A stretch of 64,000 nt of DNA from Prorocentrum cordatum (GCA_963575745.1 CAUYUJ010000008.1:1-64000); one strand, 5' to 3'. Positions 17,297 through 30,260 are shown, numbered from the stretch's first letter. Notes: a model not told the origin generated them from the sequence alone. Program-made: numbers and translations.

Positions 17297-20200
17297 AGGA
17301 GAAGGACGGAGGAGGGAAGAGGAGGGAGGAGGAGTGAAGGCGGGAGGAGAGAGGAGTTAGAAATTGGAGGAGAAGGAGAATGAGGGAAAAGGAGGCGGGG
17401 GAAGGGGGAGAAAGAGGAAAGAGGGAGGAGGGAGGAGGAGGAGGAGGGGAGGAGGAAAAGGAGGACGGAGGAGGAGGAGGAGGAGGAGCCCAGGGTAGAG
17501 GTGGAGGAGGAGGAAAGGAAAGGAAAAAGGGGGAACGAGTAGTTCTTCCTCATGTTCCTCCTCCTCATCCTGCTTATCCTCCCTCGTCCTCCCTCATCAT
17601 CGCACTTCTCCGCCTGCTCCGCATCCTCGTCTTCCTCCCCCTCGTCGCCCTTCCTCCTAAAAGACAACTAGTCCCTGCCGCACCACTTAACGTGTCCGTA
17701 GCCTGGTCTGGGCCCCGTCTGGGCGGTTCGCTTCAGACTTCCGCTCCAGCTTACTATCCCGAAGCTCAAACCTTCCGATAGCTGCACGCATGGAGGGGTC
17801 AGCCGCGTTCAAAGTGTGGCTCTCGCGTGGGCGCCAGGCAGATTCGCCTTAAAAGCTTCCGGCGGCAACGAGGGTGGAGGGCCCGTCGTTTTCAAGATGT
17901 GGCCCTCACCTGAGCGCCGTACACATTCGTCTTAAAAGCATGTGTAGACCAAACGGGAGCAGGCCGACACTTGTTCTAAAATGAGGCTCTCGCCAGAGAT
18001 ATCGAGATCCCCTTGACAAGTATTATCACCAGTCTGGCATGGCGTCTCTCGCCTGGTACTTCGTCTGGCCCTCTATAATTATAACAGTTTATACCTACAC
18101 GGATGCAGGGTGGTCGCTTTTCAAAGTGGGGCTGCCGGTGGTCATATCTGAAAACCCACCGTGCTGCATTCCTTACAGCTTGAAGGACGGAGGGCGGTTT
18201 CCTTCAAAACAGCTCCCGTTTGCACTGCGGGCACATGGGGCGCTCGTCGTTCATGGGGGCACACAGTAAACGAGAGCACCTGTAGGAACTGATGGGAAGG
18301 GCCCTTGGGACGGAGGGGTGCGCTGCAGCACTGTTAACCCCACGGAAGCGGGCCTTAGTGTGCTCTCAAGGCTGTCGCGGAGCTTCGCGCCAAAGAGAGG
18401 AATGGATGCACTGACACTGATTTGACCGGATGACTGTATTATAAGTGGGGCCCACGCTTGTCAAGGCGCGCCCAGCTGAGCCAGGTCTTTCCTCTCCTCC
18501 TCCTGACAGCCGTACAGACGCCGCCCAGAGGGCGGAAGGGTTGTGCGCGAAAGTGCTGGCTGACCGCTAATGTAGCTGCCGTGGCGGGGGGAGTGAGGGG
18601 ACGGAGAGGGCGTAGCTTCCGCTATCTACCGTCCGGCGGAAGCCCAGACTCTGGCTGGCATTCAAATGCGCGCCAGCTCACCACACGCCCTTCAGGATGT
18701 GGCATCATCCAGCTGCGGTTGCTTAGCGAGCTGCTATGGTCTGGGCTGCACCTTGTTGGATGGATCCCTGAAGCTTGACCTGCAGCCTGCAGACGGTGGG
18801 AGGCTAGGTCGAACTACTCCTGCTCGTCCTCGAGGTCATCCTTCCAGCTCAGTCCCGTGCCCATGTCGCAGACAGCAGCGAGGGTTTCGTGGTTGGGGAG
18901 CCCGCCAGCAGCGCGACTCGCTGCGATCGCATGCATCATCCTGCGGCGATACTGCTGGTAGTCCGGGAAGGTCCCTTGGATTTCTGACTGGCTCACGCCA
19001 GCGCTGCAACGTGAGGGCTTTTGCCACGCAGCAGTAACTGGAGCGTTTGAATCGGCGAGCGAGTCGCATGCACTCGAGTCGCTTCAGCCCCATTCTCTTC
19101 GACGTAGCTGTCTTAGCCTGGCCGTCGAAACCAGCGGGAAGGCCGTCGTCCTTCTCCAGCGCATCCCCGCCCTCGACCAGCGTCTCTTGCTGTCGGAGTT
19201 GGACATGGTCAATTTGGCCTGGATGAGCGACGCCGTTCCCGCTCTCTGGTGGGAGGGTGGAAAGGCACATCCTTCCTCCTGGGACTCACTCGATGGTGCA
19301 CTCGCCTTTGTACTCCTCGTCCTGCTGAGGCGCCTCCTACTCGTTGGAGTTGGCGCGCTGGTGGTCCTCCTCCTTGTCAGTGTCGCGAACGACGCGGAGG
19401 CTGAAGACCAGGCACCTGCACCGTGCGTTCTTCCTGGTTGGCTCTCAGACATGTTGTTGGCCCGTGGGCCTGTGGCGGCTTTGGGCTTCTGCCAGGTCCT
19501 CCCCCATCTGCGGATCTGCTGGCCCCTCGGGGCTGGTGCGCCAGGAGGCGCCCTGGGCCGTTGGCTGCGCTGCGGAAGCAGGCCAGGTCTGCACCTCGTG
19601 GTTCTCGACGTTCTCCTCTGGGTTGCTGCCCCCCCTTGTCCTTCGCGGACAGCTGGTTGTCTTCGTTCGTGATGGCGCGGGAGAAGGCTCTTCGCACGGA
19701 GGCAATCGCAATGGTTGCGAGGTTGTCCGTCGTCGGGTACGGCACGGAGAGGTTGCGGGACTCCCTGGGAGAGATGGCGGCGGCTTCCGTGTTGAGCCCA
19801 CTGGGCAGATGTGCCCCAGAGCTAGTGGCATCTGGGCTGCCCGCTCTGTCAGGAAAGCCACTGTCTTCTTGATCGGCGCAGCGCGGCACTCGGACGATCA
19901 CGTACTTACAGAGATGGTGGTGGCGCAGCTCCTGGTTGTATGATCCACGAGCAACGCACACTCAAACCTGTAGGAAGGAGGAATGGAGAAGGGCAAGGCG
20001 ATGAAGGCGCTATAGGTACGGGTGCGAATTGTCGGACCCCCGAGGGGAGCTCCCGTTCAAGCAGGGACACCCATCCGACAACACCCACCATCACCCCCAC
20101 GGAATTCCACCTAGGAATGCAGAGGGACGTATACGTAGGGGTGGGTGGTAGTTGTCAGCTCGTGGTTCCAGATGCTGCGGCCGACGGACGGCTGCTGTTT

Positions 20201-21511
20201 GCCCGTGTCGGCGACTGATGCTGCCAGCCTGCCGGCACCACCGGGCGCAGACGGTGGACCCGTCCTGGCAGCAGACCCCACCCGGACCGCTCTTGCCCCA
20301 GGGCGTCCCGGCAAAGCCCCAGCGCGAGCCCTGCCGGATGCGTCGGTCCCGCAGCCATTTCTCGGCATCTTTCCGTAACCGCTCCTCACATTTCCTTTCG
20401 ACCGCACTCCCACGACCGGTGCTCTGGCACGGGCTCTCCCTGGCAGACAGGGAAAGAACACCCCAAGACTCCGTAAATGGTCGGGGGCAGGCGCCGGCGC
20501 TAGCGCCTGTCCTCCTCCTCCTCCTCCTCCTCCTCCTCCTCCTCCTCCTCCTCCTCCCCTCTCCCTCCTCCTCCTCCTCCTCCTCCTCCTCCTCCTCCTC
20601 CTCCTCCTCCTCCTCCTCCCCCTCCTCCTCCTCCTCCTCTCCTCCTCCTCCTCCTCCTCCTCCTCCTCCTCCTCCTCCTTCATCTTGCTCCTTCCCTCCT
20701 CCACCTCCTCCTCTTCATCCTACTCCTCATGTCCCCTGCCCCCTGCCCCCTGCCCCCGCCACTTCTCCTCCTCCTCCCCCCCTTCTGGCTACCTATCAAA
20801 TCCACCCCAACCCAACCCGAAGTCACCGTTGGGATCGTCGATTCCTGGTGAGGGGGCGCTCCAGAACATTGAGGAAATACGATGGAACCCGTACACCCCC
20901 CAACCCGAAATTTGGGGTGGGCCTTCGGGTTCTGGGAGGAAGGCTCGGTAAGTAGTGACCTTATCCTCCTGCCGAACTACCCCAGACATCCAAGCGTCGT
21001 GAAAAAACACGTCGAGCGTTTTCTCCCGACTCCGGCACCCTGGCGAGCATGCCCGCACCGCTGGGCTCCACGAAAGAAATACGGCGAAAACCTGACCCTG
21101 GGCACAGGGTCGCCAGCTCTGGATTCCCCGCCATGATAAAGCCACGGCGCCGCAGGTCTGGGGTGCGAGCCCCAGATCGCACTCCACGCGGCCGATTTCG
21201 CCTGCGACGCAACAGCGACGCAATGATGAGCGCTCCTGCGTTCTGGGAGCCCTCCCTACCAAGAGGGCAGAGGCACGCACGGCCGCACCCACGTGCGGAG
21301 CATGCGAAGGCCACGGGCTGGACGCACATGCGGAGCATGCGGAGGCCACACGCGGGTGCGCGCTGAATGCGGATGCGCTCTGCCCTCGTGCGGCCGGCAT
21401 GCCCAGCCGCACGAGCGCCAAGCCCTGCAGAGACGCGCGGCCACACGTGTGCTCAGCTCCCGGCCAGGCCAGCCAGTGCATCCGGCCTCCTGGCGCTCAC
21501 ATTTGGGAAGC

Positions 21512-21589
21512 CAGGGGGGGCGCCGGCGTGGGCTCCGGGGAGAGGACGATGGTGTTCTCGATGGCCCAGTGGACAGCGGCGTACAGCGC
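21512..21589 (-). CDS. Exon D: last helix of the M14 domain and start of a Pro/Thr linker
   Basis: CAG|GCG acceptor in phase 0 after exon C, giving ALYAAVHWAIENTIVLSPEPTPAPPL. The donor is inferred at CTG|GC; alternatives are a GT at 21500 or read-through to a stop (ASQM*). Confidence 0.7.
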
Positions 21590-21658
21590 CTGCGGCGCGG
21601 CGCGGCTGCGCGCGCGTGAGGGCTCTCATTCTGGGAGGGGGAAGGAGGAGGGCAAGGC

Positions 21659-21862
21659 TTGTGGGTGCCACGACAATGGACACCCTAACAGTCCTATCAT
21701 CGAAATAAAAAATGTTTAAAATGTCGGAAGAATGTCCTGGATAAATGTCCTCGAAATGTTTTAACTATGTTTTTTACATGTTTAAAACAGTGTTAACACA
21801 TTTTTTCTATATCTGGAAATCATTTGGCAACATGCTTCCTCTCCATTGATCGTCCTCCACAA
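21659..21862. mobile_element. MITE copy 2 (204 bp, same family)
   Basis: Similar to copy 1 at both ends (e.g. TCTGGAAATnATTTGGCAACAnGCTTCCTCTCCATTGA). Flanks GGCAAGGC and GGGAAGGC match at 7 of 8 positions. Confidence 0.85.
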
Positions 21863-22229
21863 GGGAAGGCGAGGGGAGACCACACGAGCATCCGACCATC
21901 GTCTCACACGCGCGCAGGCGTAGCGAGACACGCCGCACTTCCACTCCAAAATTCGGGCCAGGATCGGGGCGCGAGGCGAAGGAGGTGGGGTGTGCCCTCG
22001 CGGGTTGCACGCCCGAGTCCGAAGCGGACGGCCCAGCGGCCCCCAAAAAGGCTCCCGACAGGGTCCCAAGAGGGCCCCAGCACAACACACTATCGGGACG
22101 GCTGGCGTTTTGAGCACGGGGCCATGGGAGCTTTTGTTCGGGCTCCGGGCTCCGAGACAAATCAAAATAAAGGCGGTGCGGCCCCAATTAGGGAACAGCT
22201 GCCTAAGCAAATAACTAGGCAAGGAAGGC

Positions 22230-22690
22230 CTTGCTTTGCACTGCGCTGCGTTGCTTGTCATCGCTTCGCTTCGCATTGCGTTGAATTGCTCGGCGTTGCT
22301 TGGCGTTGCTTGGCGTTGATCTGCGTTGGTTCGCACTTATTGACATTGTTTTGCATTGCTTCGCGCTATTTGGCATTGCTTTGCGTTGCTTCGCGTTGCT
22401 TGGCATTGAATTGCTTTGCTTTACTTCGCATTGTTTTGCTTCGCATTGCATTGGTTGGCAATGCTTGCAAATGCCTGGCGTTGCTTGGCATTGCTTTACA
22501 TTGCTTGGCAATGCTTGGCGTTGCGCTGCATTGCTTTGCATTGCTTCGCATTGCTTTGCATTGCTTGGAATTGCTTGGCGTTGCTTGGCATGGATTGGCA
22601 TTGATTGGCACTGCTTGGCATTGAATGGCATTGATTTGCGTATTCGTTGCCTTGCGTTGCTTGGTATTGCCTGGCATTGTTTCACATTGA
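22230..22690. repeat. Pentamer array (TTGCA/TTGCT/TTGGC)
   Basis: Direct reading. Confidence 0.9.
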
Positions 22691-22699
22691 TAGACAGCA

Positions 22700-22935
22700 A
22701 GGAACAACGACAAAGCAACCCGAGAAAGGAAACAAGACCAAGCAACCCCAGGAAGGCAGCCAAGAAACAGGAAGGCTGTCAAGGAACAAGACCAGGCAAC
22801 CCCAGAAACGCAGCCAAGAAACAAGACGAAACAGCCCGAAAAAGGCCTTCAAGACACAAGTCCACGCAACCCCAGGAAGCCAGCCAAGAAATAAGACCAA
22901 GCAACCCGAGGAATGCCGTCAAGAAACAAGACCTG
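22700..22935. repeat. About 35-bp degenerate tandem repeat
   Basis: CAAGAAACAAGACCAAGCAACCCCAGGAA-like units. Confidence 0.7.
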
Positions 22936-23204
22936 GCAGCCCGAGGCCGGCCCGCAGGCGCAGGCCTGGCACCCATCGGCTCCCCAGCAACAGACACGAA
23001 CCCCGCAGGCAAGCCTGAGCAGAGAACTTAGCCTGACGAGAGACCCAACCACATGCACCTGCGAGAACCGCGAGAGAGATGAGACGAAGGAGAGGGGCAC
23101 GCAGACCCCGAATAGCGCACGCGGTATACCGTCTGCTCTTATAGGCAGCGCGCCGCAGGAAGAACGAGGCGCGGGGCAGCGCGGGCACAGGGGGGACGAA
23201 TAGG

Positions 23205-24557
23205 TGGAACGTCTGCGAACTTCCGGTGGAGCTCCTCATGGGCAACGAAACGCGTGAGGGGTGTGCCGAACGAAATGGGCGGGGGGGGGCGCATTCGAAC
23301 GTCGCCACTGGGGCTTTGGAGCTTCACTACATACGAAACGTGTGATGGGTATGCCGACATGACTCGGTCGGACGCATGCGAACGTCGCCACTGGGGGCTT
23401 AGGTGGAGCTCCCTATAGGGGCACGAAACGTATGAAGAATGTGCCGAAATGGGTCGGGCGGACGCATGTGGACGCGCCCGCTGTATGTGGAGCTCCCTAT
23501 AAGGCCACGAAGCGCCGTACTGGGTGTGGCGGACGCATGTGGGCACCCCCACGAGGGCCTTCGGTGGAGCTACCTATGGGGCCATGAAACGCTGTACCAA
23601 GCGTGGCGGACGCATGCGGGCACCCCCTACTGGGGCCTTAGGTGGAGCTCCCTATGAAAGCACGAAGCGCTGGACTGGGTGTGGCAGATGCAAGAGGGCC
23701 CCCCACTGAGGCCTTCGGTGGAGCTCCCCATGGGGCCACGAAGCGCTGTACGAGGTGTGGCGGACGCATGCGGGCACCCCCACTGAAGCCTTCGGTGGAG
23801 CTCCCCATGGAGCCACGAAACGCTGCACTGGGTGTGGCGGACGCACGCAGGCACCCCCTTTAGGGGCCTTCGGTGGAGCTCCGTATGGGGCAACCAAACG
23901 CTGTAATGCGCGTGGCGGACGCATGCGGACACCCACTGGGGCCTTCGGTGGAGCTCCCTATGGGGCCACGAAGCGCTGTACTGCGTGTGGCGGACGCATG
24001 TGGGCGCCCCCACTGGGGCCTTAGGTGGAGTTCCCTATGGGGTCACGAAACGCCGTACTGCGTGTCGCGGACGCACGCGGGCACCCCCCTTGGGACCTTC
24101 GGTGGAGCTCCCTATGGGGCCACGAAGCGCTGTACTAGGTGTGGCGGACGCATGCGGGCACCCCCACTGAGGCCCTCGGTGGAGCTCCCTATGAGGCCAC
24201 GAAGCGCTGTACTGGGTGTGGCGGACGCATGTGGGCACCCCCACTGGGTCCTTCGGTGGAGCTCCCTATGGCGCCACGAAACGCTGCACTGGGTGTGGCG
24301 GACGCATGCGGGCACCCCCAGTAGGGGCCTTCGGTGGAGCTCCGTATGGGGCAGCGAAACGCTGTACTGGGTATGGCAGACGCATGCGGGCACCCACTGG
24401 GTCCTTCGGTGGAGCTCCGCATGGGGCAACCCAACGCTGTACTGGGTGCGGCGGAAGCATGCGGGCACCCACTGGGGCCTTAGGTGGAGCTCCCTATGGG
24501 GCCACGCAGCGCTGCACTGGGTGTGGCGGACGCGTGCGGCCACCCCCACTGAAGCCG
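23205..24557. repeat. About 77-bp minisatellite, roughly 17 units
   Basis: Unit GCCTTCGGTGGAGCTCCCTATGGGGCCACGAAGCGCTGTACTGGGTGTGGCGGACGCATGCGGGCACCCCCACTGGG. The first three or so units are longer and diverged. Confidence 0.95.
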
Positions 24558-27500
24558 TTTTTTTTAGCTGGGACCAGGCTCACGCAGCACGAGCTCAGGT
24601 TCAAGTAGCCGCAACACTGGCGGCCGCGGCTAGCGGCAGGCGCAAGCCTAGGGGAGCCGAGCGGCAAAGAGGCGAGCAAGCCAAAAGGGCCGGCTCGCCG
24701 CCGCCAGGCCGAGCCCCCAACACATCACCGAGCCTGCGCCTTCGGCTGCACCGCCCTTGGCCTCAGCCCGAGCCCGATCCTTTCGACCTTCTCGAGGCGA
24801 TGCTGCAAACCACGAGCGCCCCATGGTAGCTTGCATTATGCGGACAAGCCCTTGTGCTTGCCTCCAATCACTCTCGCATAGCAATGACAGCGCGTGCAAA
24901 TGCGATACCAAAAGATGGTCGTGAGAACATGCCCGCCGCCCGCCACTCCTGGAACCCCTGTGCCGTCACCAGCGGTCGACGACGCAGCGCTGGGGCCAGA
25001 GGGGCAATCGAGGGCCTCCGACCAAGACTGGTCGGCGAGCTCGAGCGGCGAGACGAAACAACACAACCTTGCGAGGCAACCAGACTGCTGGCCGCACTGC
25101 GAAAACAAGACAAATCGGCGGGCGCACACTCGCCGCCGCGGGCCCCCCCCCCAGGGCTTCTGCAGCGGGGCTTGGAGGAGACCCGCGGGGCCCCGAGGGG
25201 AGAAGCGAGGCAGGCCCATCCACATAGCTCGCGCCGCCAGCCGAACCCTGGCCACACGGGGCCTCAGCAGCGGGCCCCACGGGAGCGCGCGCGCAAGGTC
25301 CGACTGGGGCGCCAGCAGCGGGGCCTACAGGAGCCTCGCTAGCACTGGCAACATCTTTCTTAGCCGATGTCGAGCGCACAGACCCGCTCGAGCTCGCCCC
25401 AGACGCTGCCGGCAACAGGTAGTCGATCTTCTGCTGGGCTGTCTTGAGAGCCTTTGGCCTTCGGCAACTCGGTGCTGCCGTCGCCTGTAGCCTCAGCAAC
25501 TGTCGCCTCCTGTTGGGCCTGCGCCAACGCGGCGAAGGCCGCCGCCGCCGCGGCCGCCGTCGCCGAGGCTGCTCGAGCAGGTCGCTTCTTCGAAGTACTG
25601 CTAGAGTGCGACGGGGCGCACGGCTTGGGCGCGCAGGGCTTGGCCCAGAAGTGCGCTTTGATGTTGCTGCTGCACGCGGTCCTGAGGCAGCACAAACAGT
25701 GAACGCCCCCATTCGGCACCTCGATGACTTCGTGAGCCGCGAGATACCTCTGAATATTGTTGGCCTGCTGCGCGACCTTCTCGCCCGAGATGTCAGCTCT
25801 GCCATCGGCAGCCATGCCGCCAGCAATCGAAACCCAGAGAACGCGGCGTCGAGCATGGTCTGCCTCGCCTGGATGATCTGCCGAATGGCGTCGGGAGCGC
25901 CGCCTTGAGCAGCAATAGACTTGGCACACCGATCAGCTTCGACGTTGCCTCTGCGCGCTCTGGCGGTGACCTGGCCCTCTTGCACGCGCTGAACAGAAGC
26001 GTGCGCCTCGACCTTGACAACTGCGAGGCCGCCTGCGCCGAGCCCCGCAAAGTCCTGCACTGCGTGCCAGACGCGAACCCACAGCTCCGCCCAGGCTGCC
26101 TTGCTGCTGGCGGTGGCCACCGGGCCACGAATATTGATACAATTCACCACAAACACAGCGTCAAAATGAGCCGCCACTGGTGCAATGGCGTTCTTGAGAA
26201 GCAGAAGAAGTGTCAACGGCAGGCCGCCGCCAATGGACTGCAAAGCACCAGCCAAAGGGGAGGCCAACGCACGCGTGGCAGACATTGGCCCAAGGTCGAC
26301 GTGATCGCCGCCGCTGGGCAACGCAATAACGGCACATCCTGCACAAGCAATCCTGGTGCCACCGTCGACGCAGGCTCCATCTGCGAACAGGTCGGGCCCT
26401 GCACACGGCAAGCCCTCGTCGCAGCCCTTCACCCACTGCGCGCGCTCCAGGGCGTCGCCACCTGGCGGCCTCCACTCCGCGAGCGGTTCTGGCAGAAAAA
26501 ACCTATCTAGCAGAGCCCTGATCGTGATGGAGCCGCCCTTGCCCTTGAAGCGCCCCAGCTCCTCTGGAAGGATCAAAGACGGCCAAGAATCTTGACGCCC
26601 CATGCGCCTATGCCAAAGCGCCCCCATACTGCTGGAACAAAGCGAGCAGACCGAGTAAGAGCTGAGGCCTGCCGCACAGCGCCACTCGTTGAGCCACTGA
26701 CCGTCGACCAGGCGTGACCTGGCATATCCAGCTTCACTGGGCGTCAACATCCCCCAAGCCTCGGCGATCTCGGCGGAGCCTCGGCCCGACGCGACTCACC
26801 GCCTGACCTGCGGCAGGGAGACGCCGCCAGCACCGTAGATGTCGTAGTGCGTACTCTTGGCCAGCTGAGCCAACTGTCACCGCCCTACGCCCCGCGCGCC
26901 CAGGGGGGGCGCACCGCAAAGTTGAGCTTCTCGCCCGCGTTGGTGGCCCCATCAGTAAAGGAGCTGAGTGCGAACCCGATCCTCTGCAAGGACATCGCCG
27001 CTGCCCCGAGCGGACCACGCGCGTCGCCCCAGCGCTTGGCGACCTTCACGTTCCACTCGAAAGCAGACTGCAAGAAGGACGTCGGGACCCACTTCCCCCA
27101 TACCGCCTTGGCCAGCATCATGACAGGCCCCAGCGCGGCAGCGAAGATGGGGACCAAATTCTTGGCCCCCGAGAGCATCGGCACTGCGGTGGCATTATTG
27201 TCTGCTGGCCGTGGCCCCACGGCTCTGATCGCGATGGAACGCACCCTGGACAACCCGCTGGAGTCGAGGCCAGCGCAGTTGACGCCGTACATCGCCGACG
27301 GGTGGAGGCATGTGAACGCAGCCTTGGCTGCAGCAGTGCGCCCGCGCCCCAGGCCCAAAAAGCTCCGCACCTTGCCCAGGCGAATCTCGACGTTGGCTGG
27401 GCGTTGCTGCCGAAGGGCCCGAGCAGCACGTCGCCCCTCTGCATGGTCAATGCCCAGGTTGCGCGCGCGACGCACCCCTTGGACCCCAGCAATCTTGAGC

Positions 27501-30020
27501 AGGCGCCCCGATATGCCGCTGCGCAAGCCAGGTGAGTTACCCATGACCTTAGACTTCTCGGCCGCGATCTGGAGCTCAACGTTCTTCTGCTGCTGCACAC
27601 ACGCACGGGCAGCGCCCACAAAATCGCCCTCCACACGCTGGGTACCGCCCCAGCGCTGGAGCACTAGGCCGTCGACCACGATGGCTGACGCGACGGCCCC
27701 GAACTGCGCGACCATCTCGTCAAGCGGCTGCAACAGCATGAGCTGCATGAAGCTCGTGGCGAACGCGCCTCCGGCGAGCACCGTCTGGAAGACCGGCAAC
27801 TCCTGCGAGCAGCACCCGTCGAGGTGCAGCACCCTCGGCGCACGGTACAGAGAGATCTGCAGCTTGGCCAGCCAGAGCGGAAAAAAACGAACTTGATGGC
27901 TGCCTGCACAAGGCACCGATGCGATACGTGCTCGAATGCCTTCCAAAAGTCCAGCAGGATGCTGGAAGAGGCCCAGTCTTGATCGGGGTGAAGTTCAGCC
28001 ACCATCGCAATACACTATAATTCCGCTTGCTGCTGCCACACCGCTCTGTCACATGAGCCCCCATGAGCACGCCCACCAGTAGGGCCTGTCACTGGCCTTC
28101 TCCCACTGCTGCATGATGAGCCTGCGAAGCCCGCCGTGAACTCTGACCACCGCTGCCAACAACGCAATGGGTCGAAGGCCTCCGTCTGCCTTGGGAATGA
28201 AGGCCACCTTGGTGATGCAGCTGGGACAATCTGCTTGCTGTTCGATTGCCATCAGCAAACCAACGGGGGCCTCAATGCCTAGGCCGTCCATCAGAATTCA
28301 CTTGGACGGATGCTGTCAAACTTGGACCCAAACTGAGGCTTGAAGGACGAGATCACTTTCCGCGGCTCCGCCACAGAAGGCCTGTCGGGGCGCTTTCCGA
28401 GGCCCTCAGGCCAAGGCAGACGGTGCCTCTCAGACTCGAGCTCCCTCGGGGTCTTCGCACCATGCGCACCACCACCTGCTGCCTGAGCTGGCAGGGCCTG
28501 GGGGGGCGACGATGCCCCAGTACACGGACCACTCGTCCACCAACGCCCGCAGGTTCTGCTGAATGGTGAGCGGCGCCACACCAACTGTGTCGGCTGGCTT
28601 CGCGTTCCAAATCTGAGCCGTCTTCGTGACAGCACGGGTGCCGCCTGAACCCGCGGCAACAGAGTGCAGCACCCAGTCGTTGTAGCTCTTGGAGGCTTGA
28701 TCGAGATCCGTATTGACCATTGCCTCGGACAAGCTGAAACACGCCGCACTGCGCACCTCAAGCTGACCAAGGGAGAAATCCTGCGCGCCGCTGGCGATAA
28801 TGCTGACCACCCCCTGCAGCTCTGCGGGGTCGGACGGCGGCCTGCCAGCTAGCCTGCCCAAGGCGCGCAGGGCTCCGAACCCGGTGAGCGGCCGCTTGAT
28901 TTGCGCTGCGTCACGGAGACAAATGGCCACCGACCAGCACCAGGTCGAAGCTCGAGTGACGCGCGGCAGCCAAAGCGGCGACGGCGCCGTGGCTGAGGTG
29001 GCTGAAAGCCTGGGCCGTTCCGCACGGCCTAAATACCTGTCGAGGTCGTGGATGAGCCCGCACGTGTTAATCATGTTGACCTCCGCCTGATTGACGAAAG
29101 CCTGCCACATGCTGTCTAGGTCGGTCATGCGCTCGAGCTGGCCACGAACGGCCCGCCAAGCTGGGCCATGACCCTGCGCGCAGCAGGCCAGCGGCCCGGG
29201 CAGAGGCAGCCGCTTGGCCGCGCGCACGACGGTGACCTTCTGGTGCCTGCTCGGGCCAAGCAGCTCGGGCGCAACTGGATAGTGCGGGCTGAGGTCCAGC
29301 CCGTGGACAACGCTGGTCCCCGCCGAAGAGCCTCGAGACCACGAAGTAATCGATGATCCTGCCTGCAGGCCTGCACGTGGCATCCGCGGGCGCGGCAACG
29401 ACCGCCAGCGCCGCCTCTAGCCAGCCAGACTCTTCCAAGACTGACGGCGCCATGTTGAAGTCCCCGCACACAATGAAGGGACTGTTGGCCGCCTGCAGGG
29501 CGTTGAGCACCGCGCAGAGGGTGTCGGCATTGCTCTGGTTGAACCCGACGTTGACCTCCAGATACACGTTGGCCCACGCGATGCCGCCCCTGCAGACGCC
29601 ATTGAGGTGGGAGATGATGGCGCGACCAGGCTCCAGCACCGCCTGCTTGCCGAGCAGGTCGAACCGCCCGAGCCCGAGGTGCTGGGGCGCCATCTGCACA
29701 AGGCTCCCAGTGCCCTGGGAGCCAAAACCAGCGTCGATCGATGGCGCGGCCTCCGAGGCCCATCCGAGCCGTCGAAGCTGTCCTTGAACTTCTTGAGTGC
29801 GCTGCGAATCCAAATGCGTCTCCTGAACGGCAACGAAGTCGCAGCACCTGACAGTGGCTGTGCCAAGCAGGTTGGCGAACCTCGACCACGCATTGCAGCT
29901 TACCGTGAGGCCAACCCACCAATGCCCTATTTTGTCCGCCGTTCTGGGCATGAGAGAGGAACGATTGCCACCAATGGCCCCGCTGAGGCCGCTACCCCGA
30001 GGTCTTGGAGCGCTTGGCAC
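24558..30020 (-). mobile_element. Decayed non-LTR retrotransposon (LINE) ORF2: APE, RT, CCHC, RNase H, C-terminal Cys/His motifs, short poly(A)
   Basis: APE motifs VAVQETH, NVYL, VCGDFN, IIDYFVVS and SPHYPV (about 29270-29900). RT motifs FIPKADGGLRPIALL, LLDFWKAFEHV and degenerate VVDG (about 27600-28300). CSLC...H knuckle (about 26600). RNase H motifs FADGAC, AELW, VKVEAH and GNVEADRCAK (about 25900-26400). T8 on the plus strand at 24558-24565. Several frameshifts and stops. Confidence 0.9.
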
Positions 30021-30064
30021 GATGATGATGACGATGCTGACGATGATGATGCTGATGATGCTGC

Positions 30065-30126
<62 letters not shown>

Positions 30127-30260
30127 GTGATGGTGATGGTGATGACGATCACGAGTATGGTGATGATGACGATGATGGATTGGTGGTGCTGACGACGACG
30201 ATGATGATGATGATAGTGGAGATGATCATAATCATGGTCATGATGATGGAGGAGGAGGGA
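30020..30260. repeat. (GAT)n array at the 5' limit of the LINE
   Basis: Direct reading. Confidence 0.9.

Noticed and set aside
18955..18975. GTFPDY peptide resembling exon B (GTLPDY) as an alternative exon
   Set aside because: It lies out of order, downstream of exon D, and similarity ends after six residues.
21090..21205. Possible extra exon with a CAG|G acceptor between exons D and E
   Set aside because: No frame gives recognisable protease or linker sequence, and D joins E in phase without it.
23205..24557. CRISPR-like array
   Set aside because: Whole units repeat with no unique spacers, there are no cas genes, and the context is eukaryotic.
24558..30020. Intact, active retrotransposon or a prokaryotic RT system (retron, DGR, group II intron)
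   Set aside because: Multiple frameshifts and a degenerate catalytic motif; APE plus RNase H plus an A tail identify it as a LINE.
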